DNA of 64,000 nucleotides, from positions 3,968,001 through 4,032,000 of the forward strand of contig OZ116708.1 in NCBI GenBank assembly GCA_964199315.1. Direction: 5' to 3'. Shown one piece after another: positions 19,229 to 31,559 of this stretch. Every line of letters starts with the position of its first letter. Position 1 is the first letter of the stretch. The notes below the pieces were generated by a model. It ran no database searches and had not been told where the DNA came from. It worked only from the letters and a program-made list of their open reading frames with translations. A program made the position numbers and the translations under genes. This stretch comes from Orbicella franksi. Lineage: Eukaryota.

Positions 19229-22200
19229 TTACTTAACTTGCTCTTGCAGCTTCGTAACTTCCTTACTAGAGATACATTCTGGCCTTAGGCTTTGCAATAT
19301 AGTTTCTAGATCACGGGGATCGCGTTGTCCGAACTGCATGTCGTCTGTACCTGAGAGAAACAACAGTATTGCATCTAGAATCCAAACACGAGCTGTTCTC
19401 TCCGCGATGCTGTTCTCACCAAGAAGGAGATTGCACCCTTCGACGAAGAAGGACGGCATGTCACCAGATTCAATGTTCTGCTTCATTTGACCAAATATAT
19501 CCAACAACCTGACGACAAGGTTTCTTCCCTGCCATGATTCGCTCTGTAGAACTCTGGCCAATTCAACAAGGAATGCTGTTTTTAGGAGATACGTGTGTAT
19601 ACAATACACACATGACCCCAGACCATCCACATCTGGCACCTTGCCACTCTGCTGGAGGAGTACCTTTCCCAAAAGGTACGCGTCCCTCTTGTAATCTGGT
19701 ATTCTTTGAAGGAGCTTGGTTTCTAATTTCGACATAGAAATACGCCAAACGAGATTTTTGTTAAGTCTTGAGGTAGAAGTTGAAATAGGTTTTGGGACGA
19801 GATACAAAGTAGCTGCACTTTCAAAATGGTCGCTGGAATCCTTAACTCCAGACAGGACGTCCCAGGACTGAGTTGTATAGTTCATGTCAGCCTTCTTAGG
19901 ATCCTCAAAAGGCAAAGTTGGGATAACGTCGACCGTAATTTTCAAACCTGTGTACAAACCCTTTCTCCACTCCAAGTGTAAAATGAAACCAGGTTTAATA
20001 TCACTTACTATCCTATGTTTATCACTTTCTGGCATGAATTCTTCGAGGTAACAACGTATCTCCTGTGGTACGTGGACCCTCTTGAGCAGAAGCACATCTT
20101 CAATGTGGCTGAAAAGACACGCTTTAATTCGCTGGGGGAACAAATATTTTCCATTCTTTAGCAGGTCTCTGACTTTTTCACCGCTCCTGTCTGTCTTTAA
20201 TTCAACTTTACAGTAGCCTGCTGGGTCATCTGGAGAATGCACAGGCACAAAGTTTTCAGCTAAAGTTGGCAAACATAACATGAAGTCAAACTCATCAGGC
20301 TCTCCCACCTTACAGGATTCAGCCATACTTCCTGATAGTTTAACTTCGCCAATGAAACGTGAATCAAATTTTCCAACAGCTGTCATTAGGTCTTGAACAA
20401 ATACCGTTACAACTTGAGATATTAGTTGTGCCTCATTCGACTGTGGCACCTTCCCGACTCCATCAGTCTTCAAGACGCGCTTTAAATACCTTGGCAAAGT
20501 CTGTACGTTGACAGAATCAGATTTCTTCTCTTCCTCTGTAACTTCTGTGGTGGCCACACAAGGGGCTTGGAACTCCCTCATCACGTCAACAAAACCTCGA
20601 CGACAGCAGATGCTGGAAACTGATTCTCCATTGCATGTTTTCTTACGATCCGCCCCTGCTTCAAGAAGAATCCGGACAGCTGTTTTATGCCCATTAAAAG
20701 CAGCAAGGTGTAGAGGTGTAACACCGCCGTAATCTTTCCAATCGACATTGGCATTCTTTTGTTTGCATAAAAGTTCAACGATTGCATCATGTCCTTTTCC
20801 TGATGCGAGATGCAGGGGCGATATTCCATTGCAATCGATCGAGTTCACATCGGCACCAATTTGCAAAAAGAGTTGGACTTTGCGTGCACAGTTAAGTTCC
20901 GCAGCAAAATGCAACGGTGTTTCCCCATGTGCTGACGTCACACTCAAACAGGCCCCCGAATCAATCAACAGCTTTGCAGATTCTTCTGTCCCATCTATTA
21001 CTGCAATGTGTAAAGGCGTCAGACCATCTATGGTTTTGTCCTCTAAGGATGCCCCCTTTTGGATCAACAATCTGATAATGACATTATTCTGACTGGATAT
21101 TGCGTGATGAAGTGGCGTGACACTTGAAGCATCTTTGACATTAACATCCGCGTTAAGGTTGATCAACTGCTCTACCATGTCAATCTTTTGGTTTAACACA
21201 GCATTATACATGGGTGTCTGTTTGCCAGGATGAGCTAAACAGTTAACTGAGACACCTGCCTTGACAAGAAGCTGCAAGACACTTGGCTTGTTACCAAAGA
21301 CGGCACAGTGAAGAGGTGTCTCACGCTGACCGGTGTCATCAGGACACTCCGACAACTGGCGAGGATCGTGACCACGGCGTAGAAAGAATTCAGCTACTTC
21401 GTACTGTCCACAGTATGCTGCACAGTGCAAAGGGTAGTACCCTATTTCATCAGGAACATATTCATTGGCACCAAAAGAAATTAAGAGCTCTACAATGGGA
21501 AGATACGTGGGCTCGTAACGGATGGCTTGATAGAGTGGAGCAGCATCATTAAGTACCCCATCCACCTCGGCACCTGCCTCAAGGACAGTTTTCATCGAAT
21601 TGTATTGTCCTGAAGTGATTGAAGTCATTAGAGGGGTGTGCATAGGGTCGTTGAGGTAACAATCGACCTCCGAGCCCCCTTTTATTAACAAATCCATTAT
21701 ATCCGTATAACCTTGTTTGGCAGCAATATGCAATGGACTGAAACCAGCGCTATCAAAAACGTTCATTTTCACCCTTTGATTGATCAAATACTTAATGATA
21801 TCTACTTGGTGGTTGATCACAGCTTCGTGCAACACAGAAATGCCTCTGTGATCTCCAGATATGGTATCAATGTTAGCTCCATGCTGATGAAGGACTTTCA
21901 CAATTTCAAGATGTCCTTTCTGACAAGCAAGATGCAGAGGAGTGCACCAGGAACCAAATCTGCTCAGCTCAGCAGGTCGTGGAGCCTCTTTCTTGGCACC
22001 TCCTTGCAGTAGATATTTTACAACCTGGACATGGCCATCACTGGCTGCGACATGCAAAGGTGTTTTCAGGTGATTAGAAGCAATACTATTTGGATCAGCG
22101 CCTTTCTCTAGAAGCGCCTTAACAATCTCACCAAAACCATTCCCAGCGGCAATGTGAAGTGGGGTTTCCTTTGCAATAGTCTTCTCAACTCGCAGTTTCA

Positions 22201-22483
22201 AATCTGCCCCCGACTCAAGAAGTGCATGAACCACCTCCAGGTGGTCAAAAAAACATGCAATATGCAAAGGTGCCATCCCATGAAGAGCTGGCTCGCCATG
22301 GTTGATTTCCTGTAATGTTGGTTTAAGCTCAAGGATGGTTTCCCCTTTGCCAAGAATGCAAGCCTTTACAAGACTACTGCTAGTTTGACTGCATAAGTAT
22401 TGGGAGATTTGTTCTTCAAGCTTTAAACTAATGTATTTAAGTGACACAGCAGGAGTATTTCTTGATTGACCACTTCCATCCAT
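19229..22483 (-). CDS. Ankyrin-repeat cGAS-like receptor (ANK plus Mab-21/cGLR nucleotidyltransferase), 1084 aa, single coding exon
   Basis: About 16-17 ankyrin repeats (TPLHxAAxxGH), then GSMAESCKVGEPDEFDFML (GS...ExD), ITVDVIP (third Asp), YLVPK, WRISMSKLETKLL, TYLLKTAFL and PSFFVEGCNLL, all collinear with cGAS/Mab-21 motifs. An in-frame stop lies just upstream of the ATG; acceptor at 22525-22527; candidate non-coding first exon ending at 24468. Confidence 0.93.
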   Translation of the reverse strand: MDGSGQSRNTPAVSLKYISLKLEEQISQYLCSQTSSSLVKACILGKGETILELKPTLQEINHGEPALHGMAPLHIACFFDHLEVVHALLESGADLKLRVEKTIAKETPLHIAAGNGFGEIVKALLEKGADPNSIASNHLKTPLHVAASDGHVQVVKYLLQGGAKKEAPRPAELSRFGSWCTPLHLACQKGHLEIVKVLHQHGANIDTISGDHRGISVLHEAVINHQVDIIKYLINQRVKMNVFDSAGFSPLHIAAKQGYTDIMDLLIKGGSEVDCYLNDPMHTPLMTSITSGQYNSMKTVLEAGAEVDGVLNDAAPLYQAIRYEPTYLPIVELLISFGANEYVPDEIGYYPLHCAAYCGQYEVAEFFLRRGHDPRQLSECPDDTGQRETPLHCAVFGNKPSVLQLLVKAGVSVNCLAHPGKQTPMYNAVLNQKIDMVEQLINLNADVNVKDASSVTPLHHAISSQNNVIIRLLIQKGASLEDKTIDGLTPLHIAVIDGTEESAKLLIDSGACLSVTSAHGETPLHFAAELNCARKVQLFLQIGADVNSIDCNGISPLHLASGKGHDAIVELLCKQKNANVDWKDYGGVTPLHLAAFNGHKTAVRILLEAGADRKKTCNGESVSSICCRRGFVDVMREFQAPCVATTEVTEEEKKSDSVNVQTLPRYLKRVLKTDGVGKVPQSNEAQLISQVVTVFVQDLMTAVGKFDSRFIGEVKLSGSMAESCKVGEPDEFDFMLCLPTLAENFVPVHSPDDPAGYCKVELKTDRSGEKVRDLLKNGKYLFPQRIKACLFSHIEDVLLLKRVHVPQEIRCYLEEFMPESDKHRIVSDIKPGFILHLEWRKGLYTGLKITVDVIPTLPFEDPKKADMNYTTQSWDVLSGVKDSSDHFESAATLYLVPKPISTSTSRLNKNLVWRISMSKLETKLLQRIPDYKRDAYLLGKVLLQQSGKVPDVDGLGSCVYCIHTYLLKTAFLVELARVLQSESWQGRNLVVRLLDIFGQMKQNIESGDMPSFFVEGCNLLLGENSIAERTARVWILDAILLFLSGTDDMQFGQRDPRDLETILQSLRPECISSKEVTKLQEQVK

Positions 22484-23408
22484 TTGAAACAGTCAGAATA
22501 TTACGGATGCCTTATTTTCCAATCCTGGCAAAAAAAACCATGGTACTGATTCAGACATTAAAGAATGAGATTAAAAAATGTACTTTATTACCAGTACTAT
22601 TCAAATTGATCCAAGTGATAATTCAACTAACTTGGGAAAACACATTTTGTAGGATAACATACAGGCTTGTTTTCAATACTAGCTAGTAAGGTTTTGAGAA
22701 AAGAATATTCATGAGCATCTTTTGTAAAGAAAATATTGATTAAATCAAGCAGAAAACCCCAAATGATGAGCATAACTTTGAATAGCATTTTATAACTGAG
22801 CGTTTTACGGAAACTGGTCAGAATGACTTAGAAACCCAAGAAAGGGGACGTTAGGCAGTTTTATGTTTTAATGTTGCATTAAATACAACATATTTCCAGG
22901 GGAGCATGGCCCCAGACCCCTCAAGAAGCTTGCACTTCATTGTTTATCCTGGATCCGCACCTGTGACTAGTAAGTTTTCTGTCACAGACAAGCTGCATAT
23001 CTTTTATGAATACACTGTACAGCCTGTGTTTTTGAAGCAGCCGGCACCCAGCAAAAATCACCACCTACTCCATAGTCTTGGCTGGCTTTTTACTGGCTGC
23101 ATATGTGGGCTCTTCATTTAATTCTTCAGAAAGATGAAAAAATCAGCCTTCTCCTTTATACAATAAAGCCAGCTACTTCAGAAACTTTGTTTGTATGCTT
23201 GCTTTTGTGGTCTTTGTTTCAAATGTTCAGAAATCAGACCTGGCCACTTCTGCCATCCCTAACAACTTGGACCAGTATTTTAATGTGTCTCAGAGATTTT
23301 TTGTTTACTTTATCGGAATCTACATGGGATCGTGATATGGAAATTGAAAAATAGAATTGAATATCGTTGATTTTTCACCACGTTTTTGCCATCTGCAAAC
23401 AGGAAAGT

Positions 23409-23853
23409 CCTGGGGGGTACTCCCAGAAAAATTGGGGGGTGTATGGCCCGCTTCCCAAAATGCTTACCCTATTTATAACCAAAATCTGCGATATTCCCTA
23501 CCCTATTTATGACCTGACCAAAAATTTGAAACCCTATTTATGACCTGACCCTTAAATCAAAACTCCGTTTCAGACCTGCGTTATAATAATATTAGTTCCC
23601 TAGTTCAGACCAATGTTAAATTACCGTAAACATAATTTGTGATGGGCTTTTGTTGATTTTCTCTTCGAGAATGATGAAAAAGTGGCTTCTTCTTAAAAAC
23701 ATACCCATATCAAGACTAGAGTGCAAAAATCATACCCTTTTTATGACCAAAATGGCCAAAATCAGCTAAATTCAAAACCCTATTTCTGACCAAAATGGCT
23801 GAAAAACCATACCCTTTGGGGCCACACATACCTATATTGTTCATTTAAGGGAG
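23409..23853 (+). mobile_element. Interspersed MITE-like repeat, copy 1
   Basis: Starts CCTGGGGGGTACTCCC with internal ACCCTATTTATGACC repeats; homologous to 38750-39166. Confidence 0.75.
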
Positions 23854-26800
23854 GAGGAGGAAAGTTCACTTCCAGTTGGTCATAAACTGCAGCGGATAGA
23901 GGCCTGGGTTAAGTCCGGTTGTGACATCAAAACAAGAACATAGGAAGACATATTTTTGGGACCAAACAAATAGAAACAAAAAAATAAGTGATTTATACTA
24001 GGAATTAGGCAATCTAGCATAATTCCAATTTTAGTACAAAACTGTAAACATTTACAAAAGATATGCTAGATGTATGTTCTTCTTTTGATGTCATATTGCC
24101 TAACTAAATAGTAATCCAAGGTTCTAACTGACCCAACCGGAAGTGAAATTTCACGTTTACAGACAGCTAAAATGTGATGAAGAAAAAAACATCAAGATTC
24201 CATGTATATATTTCCATCAAGCAAACAAAAAAAATATCCTGGCTGGGAACCACTCAGGCTTTGAAATGGGATCTATAGGGAAAGTGAAATATATATAGTA
24301 ACTATAGTGGAAGGCCACTTACTAACATATGGACCCTCAACGCTTCTAAGAACGAAGCATAGAAAGCATAGAGAAACAAAAGGAACCATTCAAATTAAAT
24401 GAGGTGTACACGAGTGGTCCGGTATTCTACACCTAGCCGAACCTTCAACAACAAGGCTTCTACTCACCGCTATCTTTCTCTGCATTCTTCGTGACGGCGC
24501 AGAAAAAATAAATGAAAAGCCGAGTCAATAATATCCTAGCGCTCAAGCCACCATTTTGGATATTTGAATACAAGCAACACCTTATTACCTCTTACATGAT
24601 ATGCTACCACGTACTTGAGCCGGTTGGAGGAGGCGGAGGCCTGCAAATGCAAGACAAATGGCCAAACACTGACCTTGTTAAACGTTTGCTTGTATTGGCC
24701 AGATGTTAAAGCCTTACAACTTTAACATCGTCTCCGCAGTCCCTGGTTCACAAGGTTGGGAAAACTCTACAAATTGTTCTCATTCTTCAACAAAACTTGT
24801 TTATATTGAGGATTTAAGGGGGGGGGGGGGAGCTGTCAGCTTGGTTTCTACATGCACCAGTGCAGGAGGGGGGTAGGGTTAGGTTAGTGGGAGGGAACAC
24901 TCGTTTACACCAGCAGTTCTTACAAGTTGGGTATGCACAGTAAAAATAAAAGTTGATATTCTTTCCAGCCTCATCAGAACTGAAATTTTCCTACTTGAAA
25001 GGAAAGTCCTTCAAAATGCAACCAAGGCGTTATTTTGTTATAATCCATCAAATGCTGCTAATGCACAACTGGTCTAATCAATTCATGGACAGGCGAAATT
25101 GGGATAGCCACTAGATCTGATGCTGCATTATGTAGTGATGGGGCGGATCTGGAGGGGTTTGAGGGATTCAGTTGAACCCCCTAAATTAAAAAGAAGAGAG
25201 AGAGAGAGAAAAAAAAGAAAAAATGGGGTGTTGCCCCACAAAACAGCAGCAAATCGAGCCTTAGCCAAGACAGGCCTTGTGGAAAAAAGTATTTGATATG
25301 ATAATGAACAAGAGATCCTCCATGCGGCCTCAAAAAAATCATCCATGGAAGACGACAGAAGCATATGTGCAGTTCAAACTTCAGACCACTAAAGAATCTT
25401 GGCATTGTGTAGTTTTTAAAAAATACAAGGCTTCAAAGATTCAAGTCCATGACCTAATATATGCCAATGGATAGAGGACCATTGAGTAACATACCAGTAT
25501 CGCAGAAGTCATAGTTTTGACTCCGTTTGTATATAGTCTTGAAATCTTCTCAAGCTAACAAATGCAATAGCTTTTAATATTGCTTACACACTTGACTGCT
25601 CAATTCACTTCTGGATAATCTATCACTCGACAGTCAGAGTTCATCCTATCATCCTCAACCTTCTTCACTGAAAATTGTAAAAAGCCAGCCAATCCTGCCA
25701 AGCCCCAAGAGGTGCCTGGCATGTCAAAATAGTTCTCTTTATGGTACACAGTCCATAGTCAGCATCACATGTTTGCAAAATGTCAAATATCATAGGAAAG
25801 AAGGAAAGAATGGACTAGGTAACAAAATCTGATCCAAAATGTAAAAAAGTATAAAGTATGCAAAAGTCCATAATATATTTACTTAGCTCTATAAGAATCA
25901 GTTCCCTTGTAATTCTTTCGCCGTTTTTAATTTCTATGTGCAAGCAAGACAATGGATGGATCTCTGTGGAGATACATAACTATATATAGTGCCCATACAG
26001 TTTTACAACAGTAACGGTAGAACCCTAGTTAACACATCCCCTGAAAAATACGATGCAAAAATTCCTCAGACAATACCCCACCTCCCTCCAACCCCACATG
26101 TACCCCTATGTTATCAGAGAAAGATATATGAACCTTTTTGCAATTTATATTTTCTTACAATGCACTCATAACAATGGTCACTTCAAAACTTAAGAACAAG
26201 TTCTTTTGATGTAACAACCCTTCTAAAAATAAACTCAAACATAAGTTAAAAAAGGAGACGTGCTCTCCAAAATCAATGTCCTCATGATACCAACAAAATA
26301 TAATACCATAAACTGCCATTTATAAGCCCCCCGGCTTGTAAGTGCCCCCCCCCCCCAACCCCCATTATAGGAACATCTACCTGAAAACCAAAAAATACAT
26401 CTGGTTATAAGCCACCCTTTAGCTTTCCTTGTTTTGAATTCATTTTAATAGTGAGGTTTCTTAAAACCTCACTATTAAAATGAATTCAAAGCAAGAAAAG
26501 CTTAAGCTTAATTACCAGTAAATGAAAAACCTATTTTGACCAGCATGCAGCTAAATGTAGCTCATTTTGAAACGGTTTTTTTAAGCCCCTCCATTTATAA
26601 GCTCATCTACAAGCCCTTATAAAGTTGTATAAACCCAGGCCTTATAAGTAGTTTACAGTAACCTGACAAAACACAGAAATGGGAGCCAAGAACACCTCAC
26701 AAACAACTTGTGCTTGTCTTTTTATTTTTATTTTTCAAAAACAACCTTTACATGGAAGGATGTTTCAGTGTTTACAGGCTTCCTTGCATTATAAATGCTG

Positions 26801-28636
26801 TTCAAAGTCCAAGCTCCAAGCATGCAAGTAAAGAGGCATGGACAACAAGTGTTGATATAGAATGCAGCTGCAGCTAAGAAAAGATTCTCTCACACAACAG
26901 AGGCTACATTTTGGTACAAAATAGATAAGATGATCTTCCTCAAAAAGGTTATGAGAACCTTAACACTGACTGCTTTATCAACAGGGTTATTACATGGCTT
27001 ATTTTCTTGAAAGATGATAGAACTGCCCAATACAAACCAGCTGCTAAAACTATTTCCAAAAGGGGTCAGGAAACAAAGATTCTTTGCCACCTGAACACTT
27101 CCCTGCACTTCTCATTTCTATAAACCTTGGTACAACCCTGCTGATAAGGAGTACACACAACTGTAAGTGAGATCATTTGTATAAGTGACTCTGACTTAAC
27201 ACACAGTAGCCCTGTTTCTGCTATTCTGGGAACATCTTTAAGGCAATAATACAAGCTTCAAATGTGCCCAAGAATCGATCTGCTTTCAACTAAACAAACA
27301 GTATATAGTCAAACACAGCCTAGATTAATATGACTTCCTGTAGATAAACACTCGATTTCACACTCATTGAACGCAAGATATATTCCCTTTCTTTGGTAGT
27401 AGTAACTGAACGGCGCCAATAGATCGATAGCAGTTGTAGTAAAGCTTGATGACCATTCAGGGATTGCAACTTGAGCTATGTTGGTCTCTCCTTTTGGGCA
27501 GGAAAACTAGTATTGTCAACTTGCATTAGCAAATATCCTTGGAATATGATGGCATTATTTGAATGTATAGTACATCTCAGCCATGGCTGGAAAACACAAG
27601 TCCAAGGATAAGACAAGTGAACTTTACAAGCAATATGCAACAATGAACTCAACATGGACACGTGCTTCCCTTCTAGTGTAAATCCACTGCACTGTTCACA
27701 AACTAGTGTGGGATACAAAAAGACAGCTTTTTACACCAGTAGTAGTCCGATATTTCACACATCACGTTCTTTCGTCCTGACACAAATCATGTACTCTTTT
27801 CAACCTGTGATGATACCCCTAGCCAGCCAGGGTTGCTGCACTGACTAACCATGAGCAGATGATTTGGGAATGGTTACGTCCCTACACAATGTAGTCTCGT
27901 GTGCCCTGTGGATATTCTTCTTCGAACATTGTTTTTAAGAGGAAAGTAAGCTTTGAAGGAGCATAAATGCAGAAAACTAGCCTGTAAGCTTTGAAAGATT
28001 CAGCAAATATTGCAAACAAGGCTTTCAACATGAAAATCCACTTTCAGTGTTCACAGTTACTGTACATGAATCTGTTGCTGAACCTTCTAAATAATTAGAA
28101 AGCTAACACCAACATCTGCAACAACTAGAACAATACTTGCACCATTCACGTCATCACTTCTTTCATATCCGAAGGAAGTAAGCTTTGAGATAAGAATATG
28201 AAGATGTGCACATGTTTACCAAGAGACATGATTGTCTTGTATCCACATTGTGACTGCTCATGCTACAGATTTCAAAGCGGAATGACCACAACTTGAAGGG
28301 AAAAAAGGCCAGTAAAGGGGTAACTACGATGTTACCAATATTACACAAACATTATACAATAACACAATTTTTCTTTTTACACATTAAACATCAATTTGTT
28401 GATTTCAAAATGATTCTGTTATTAATTAGCTTACAGTGAAGCAAAGATGATACGAAAACATACAAAGTGCACTCAATAACACAAAAATGTAATGCTATGA
28501 GGAGTCAAATTCGACATATTTAATCAAAAAGGGGTGACAACCATCTAACAAGTAGTAAATGCATAGTCTTGGTCACAATGCAGATACAATGAAAGTGTGA
28601 AAACAGGCAAGTGCGCAAAAGGAGCTGACAATATTT

Positions 28637-31219
28637 TCACTTGTTTAAGGCCAGAAGAGTTAAGCCAGCGGCACAGATACTTCCCACTGTGAACAAACTT
28701 TTCCACATGGTTTGTGACTGCGAAGATTCTGAAAAGTGAGCAGTAAAGCCGTCCTGAAAAAAAAAAAAAAAAAACACAATAAATTCAATTTCCATGTAGA
28801 GCATCAATGACTTAGCACCATTCATATTTGCAGAAGGTGATAATTACAATCAACTTAAAGGGTGGATTGAAGAGAAAGCAAAAACATACTTCCCATTATA
28901 TTATAATCCACTTACTTCTCAATACACCACTATCAATATCTTAAAATTCAGCTTGATAGCGAGACCTAGAAGACACAAACAAAAGAAATGAATAAACATG
29001 GTCATTCAATTTCCTTTGTTTGTGTCCTCTAAGCCTCACTGCCAAGCTGAATTTTAATATATCAAAAACGGTCTATTTTATGTTGCATATCATTTTAAAA
29101 CATTGTAATAAAATAATTCCATACAGGATTATAAAAGGACACATCACATTTATGACAAATATGCTACAGAGTTGCTTAGGGTGTTTAACAAAATTCAGAG
29201 ACCCGAGGATACCACACTTTATGATTATTCATACCCTTCACAGGCAGCTGTACTAAGACTAATGTATTTGTCTGCAACCAAGAAATGAGTTGGTGCAGAT
29301 GAGTGACAGTGGCTTGACAAAAAGACAAATATTAGTCTTCTGTCTGAGGACATTCTTGCCAATAACATGTTCAGTTTTGGAGGAAGGAAGTTCATTTTCA
29401 ATTAGTTTAAAAGCGACTGCGGTTCAAGATAAATGCAATTAAGACATGTATCACAACATACGATATAGTTTAAAAATTGGCAATATGGGGCATTCCACTT
29501 TTATTCTGCACCCCTCTTTACATGGCAAACTCCAGCACAGTGCCTGTTGGAATATTGTTTTTTAAAGCAGCTGAAAAAATTTTGAAACTCTTGGAAGCAA
29601 ACTTCAAAGGTGCAGAAAATAAAAAAAGATAGGGTTTTGGAATCTGCCCTTCATTGCAGGGATGCAGATAAAAAATGGAGTGTTCCAATATATGGTTAAG
29701 CAGCATAGACACCAGTATCGTAAATTTTCCCAACTTTAAACAGGGCTACACAAAGAATTCCTTCACATAAAGTGTTGCTCTTTGGAAATTGAATTTTTTG
29801 TTTAGGATTTTCTCACTGTAAAGCACTTAGGACAGCAATGTATAAGCGCTGCATAAAAGTTTTTACTATTGTTACTGGTATTATTAAAGTTCTTTATTAT
29901 TGTCATTTTGTGATTTTACTAGAGAGAAACTTGCAACACTGAAATATAAAACAGACAAAACTCTCACTAAGTGGTACAAGACATTTAAATTTTTTTAACT
30001 TGAATTTACCGGAAGCCGTGTTCTGTCTTACTGGGTAGAGCGTATAATTTTTTAGTTTGAATTACGTAACTACGACCAGTACAAAATCCACCAAAGGAGG
30101 TACTTGAATGTTAGAGGGTGATCAAAAATGCATGAATGGAAATTAACTCCCCCGGGGCAATATACTAATACGAACATTTGTCAAACGGAAATACTTTTCA
30201 CGTTTTCTTCGCGCGAATTTTCTCTATTGAATCGAAGATCGAGAAAAAGCTGAAATTCTTCTGTTCAAATTTGTTAATGAAGTTATTCACTTGTCAACAG
30301 AAACAACCAGACTATTTATGCAGTGAAAGTTGAGGAAAACAGCAAGCAGAAGAGGTGCCCCGCTGATGCAAGAAATTTTCATTTTACATGTTTACATTAT
30401 CTATGGCCCCAGAATTTGTCTCAAGATTGAAAAATTCTTCTTGAATTTGCATCAAAATAACATACCTAGGTGTTTCGAGACAAAAACGTAAACGAAATGT
30501 CGACAAGATAAATGAATGTCTGACTCATAACTAATGTAAATACAGACTGAAATTTGCATTCAGTAAATTACTACAGCACGTACGTAAGCTCATGACAGCT
30601 GGTAGGCTAAAGAGAAAAATAACAAAAAATTTTTAAAATAATGTAAAATAAATAAAAAAACCACAGCGAATTTTTTCAAAAACTCAGGATTACAACTCAC
30701 CCATCCTCCATTTTCTCTGATCCACGTTAATAAGTTATCGGCTATAAATGAGGCAATCCATTCCACGATGTGTTGAGCCATTTCTGGTCGTTGTGTTTCC
30801 ACGAAATGATGAGCCACTACGCCTCCGAACGTGAACAACGCCACTATTCTGCCCCAGTTTGTTCCTGCTTGAAAAATCTCTTGCGCCACACCGACAAACG
30901 TAGGATAAGCTGTAACTGGTGTAATTCCTAACGTTGTGCACAATGATTCGAACAAATCAGGGTGTTCTGCCTCCATAAGAGTTGCCAGTTTTCGTAGAGT
31001 ACTCGCTGATGGGTTTGTTGGCGTCTGAGGAATAAGAAACTGTCGAGGTAAACCTTTAAGTCTGCTCTGTTCAAATTTGCTCCTTAGCCGGTAAGAAATA
31101 TAGTCAAGTGTGAGGGAAACTCCTTCGTCGATGATTTTCTTATCGTACCTTGACATTTCAGAGGTATTGAGGGTAGGAGAAAGGTCCTCGTTGTTCAGCG
31201 CAGCTGTCGCTCCGGCCAT
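28637..31219 (-). CDS. Pro-survival Bcl-2 family protein (Bcl-xL/Bcl-w type), 211 aa, two coding exons (30701-31219 and 28637-28753)
   Basis: BH4 LTLDYISYRL; LGITPVTAYPTF..VAQEIFQAGTNWGRIVALFTFGG (BH1); WIRENGGW|DGF with the intron at the conserved BH2 position (GTGAGT...TTTTCAG); C-terminal anchor WKSLFTVGSICAAGLTLLALNK. 5' UTR intron at about 31338-31482. Confidence 0.93.
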
Positions 31220-31559
31220 ATTGAGTGATCGTAGTTAGAAAAGTGAAAGTGTTCGCACGCAAATTCCTTGTTTCGGCCCTGCAGTTTGTTTTTCTTCTTT
31301 AAACAAGGATACAATTTAAGGAAATGGTATCTTTGTCCTAAAAAGAGAAAAAGACATTAAAACCAAGCACCGTTGTCGGTGGCGTACTTCCTTGCTGACG
31401 CATCAACGTAACCGCACTAGTAGTGAGCTTAGTGAAAACACAACCGAGTGCTCCCGTTAAAAGAAAAAATATATATACTCACAGAAGTTAACCAATGTTC
31501 AAAACACTTGGCATAGTACTTGAAATAGCAATTTAAAAAGCAAAAGCAAAGGAGAAGTA

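Noticed and set aside
19155-22012. Several antisense or alternative-frame ORFs within the ANK-cGLR gene
   Set aside because: They are shadows of a long GC-richer CDS and have no independent features.
25589-25760. Peptide MPGTSWGLAGLAGFLQFSVKK resembling an alternative Bcl-2 tail-anchor exon
   Set aside because: No in-phase acceptor lies upstream of the hydrophobic stretch, and the hydrophobic run is short.
22484-30701. Possible Bcl-2 to ANK-cGLR fusion by splicing (same strand, adjacent genes)
   Set aside because: The phase-0 donor joined to the 22524 acceptor is out of frame and reaches TAA; there is also an in-frame TGA just upstream of the cGLR ATG.
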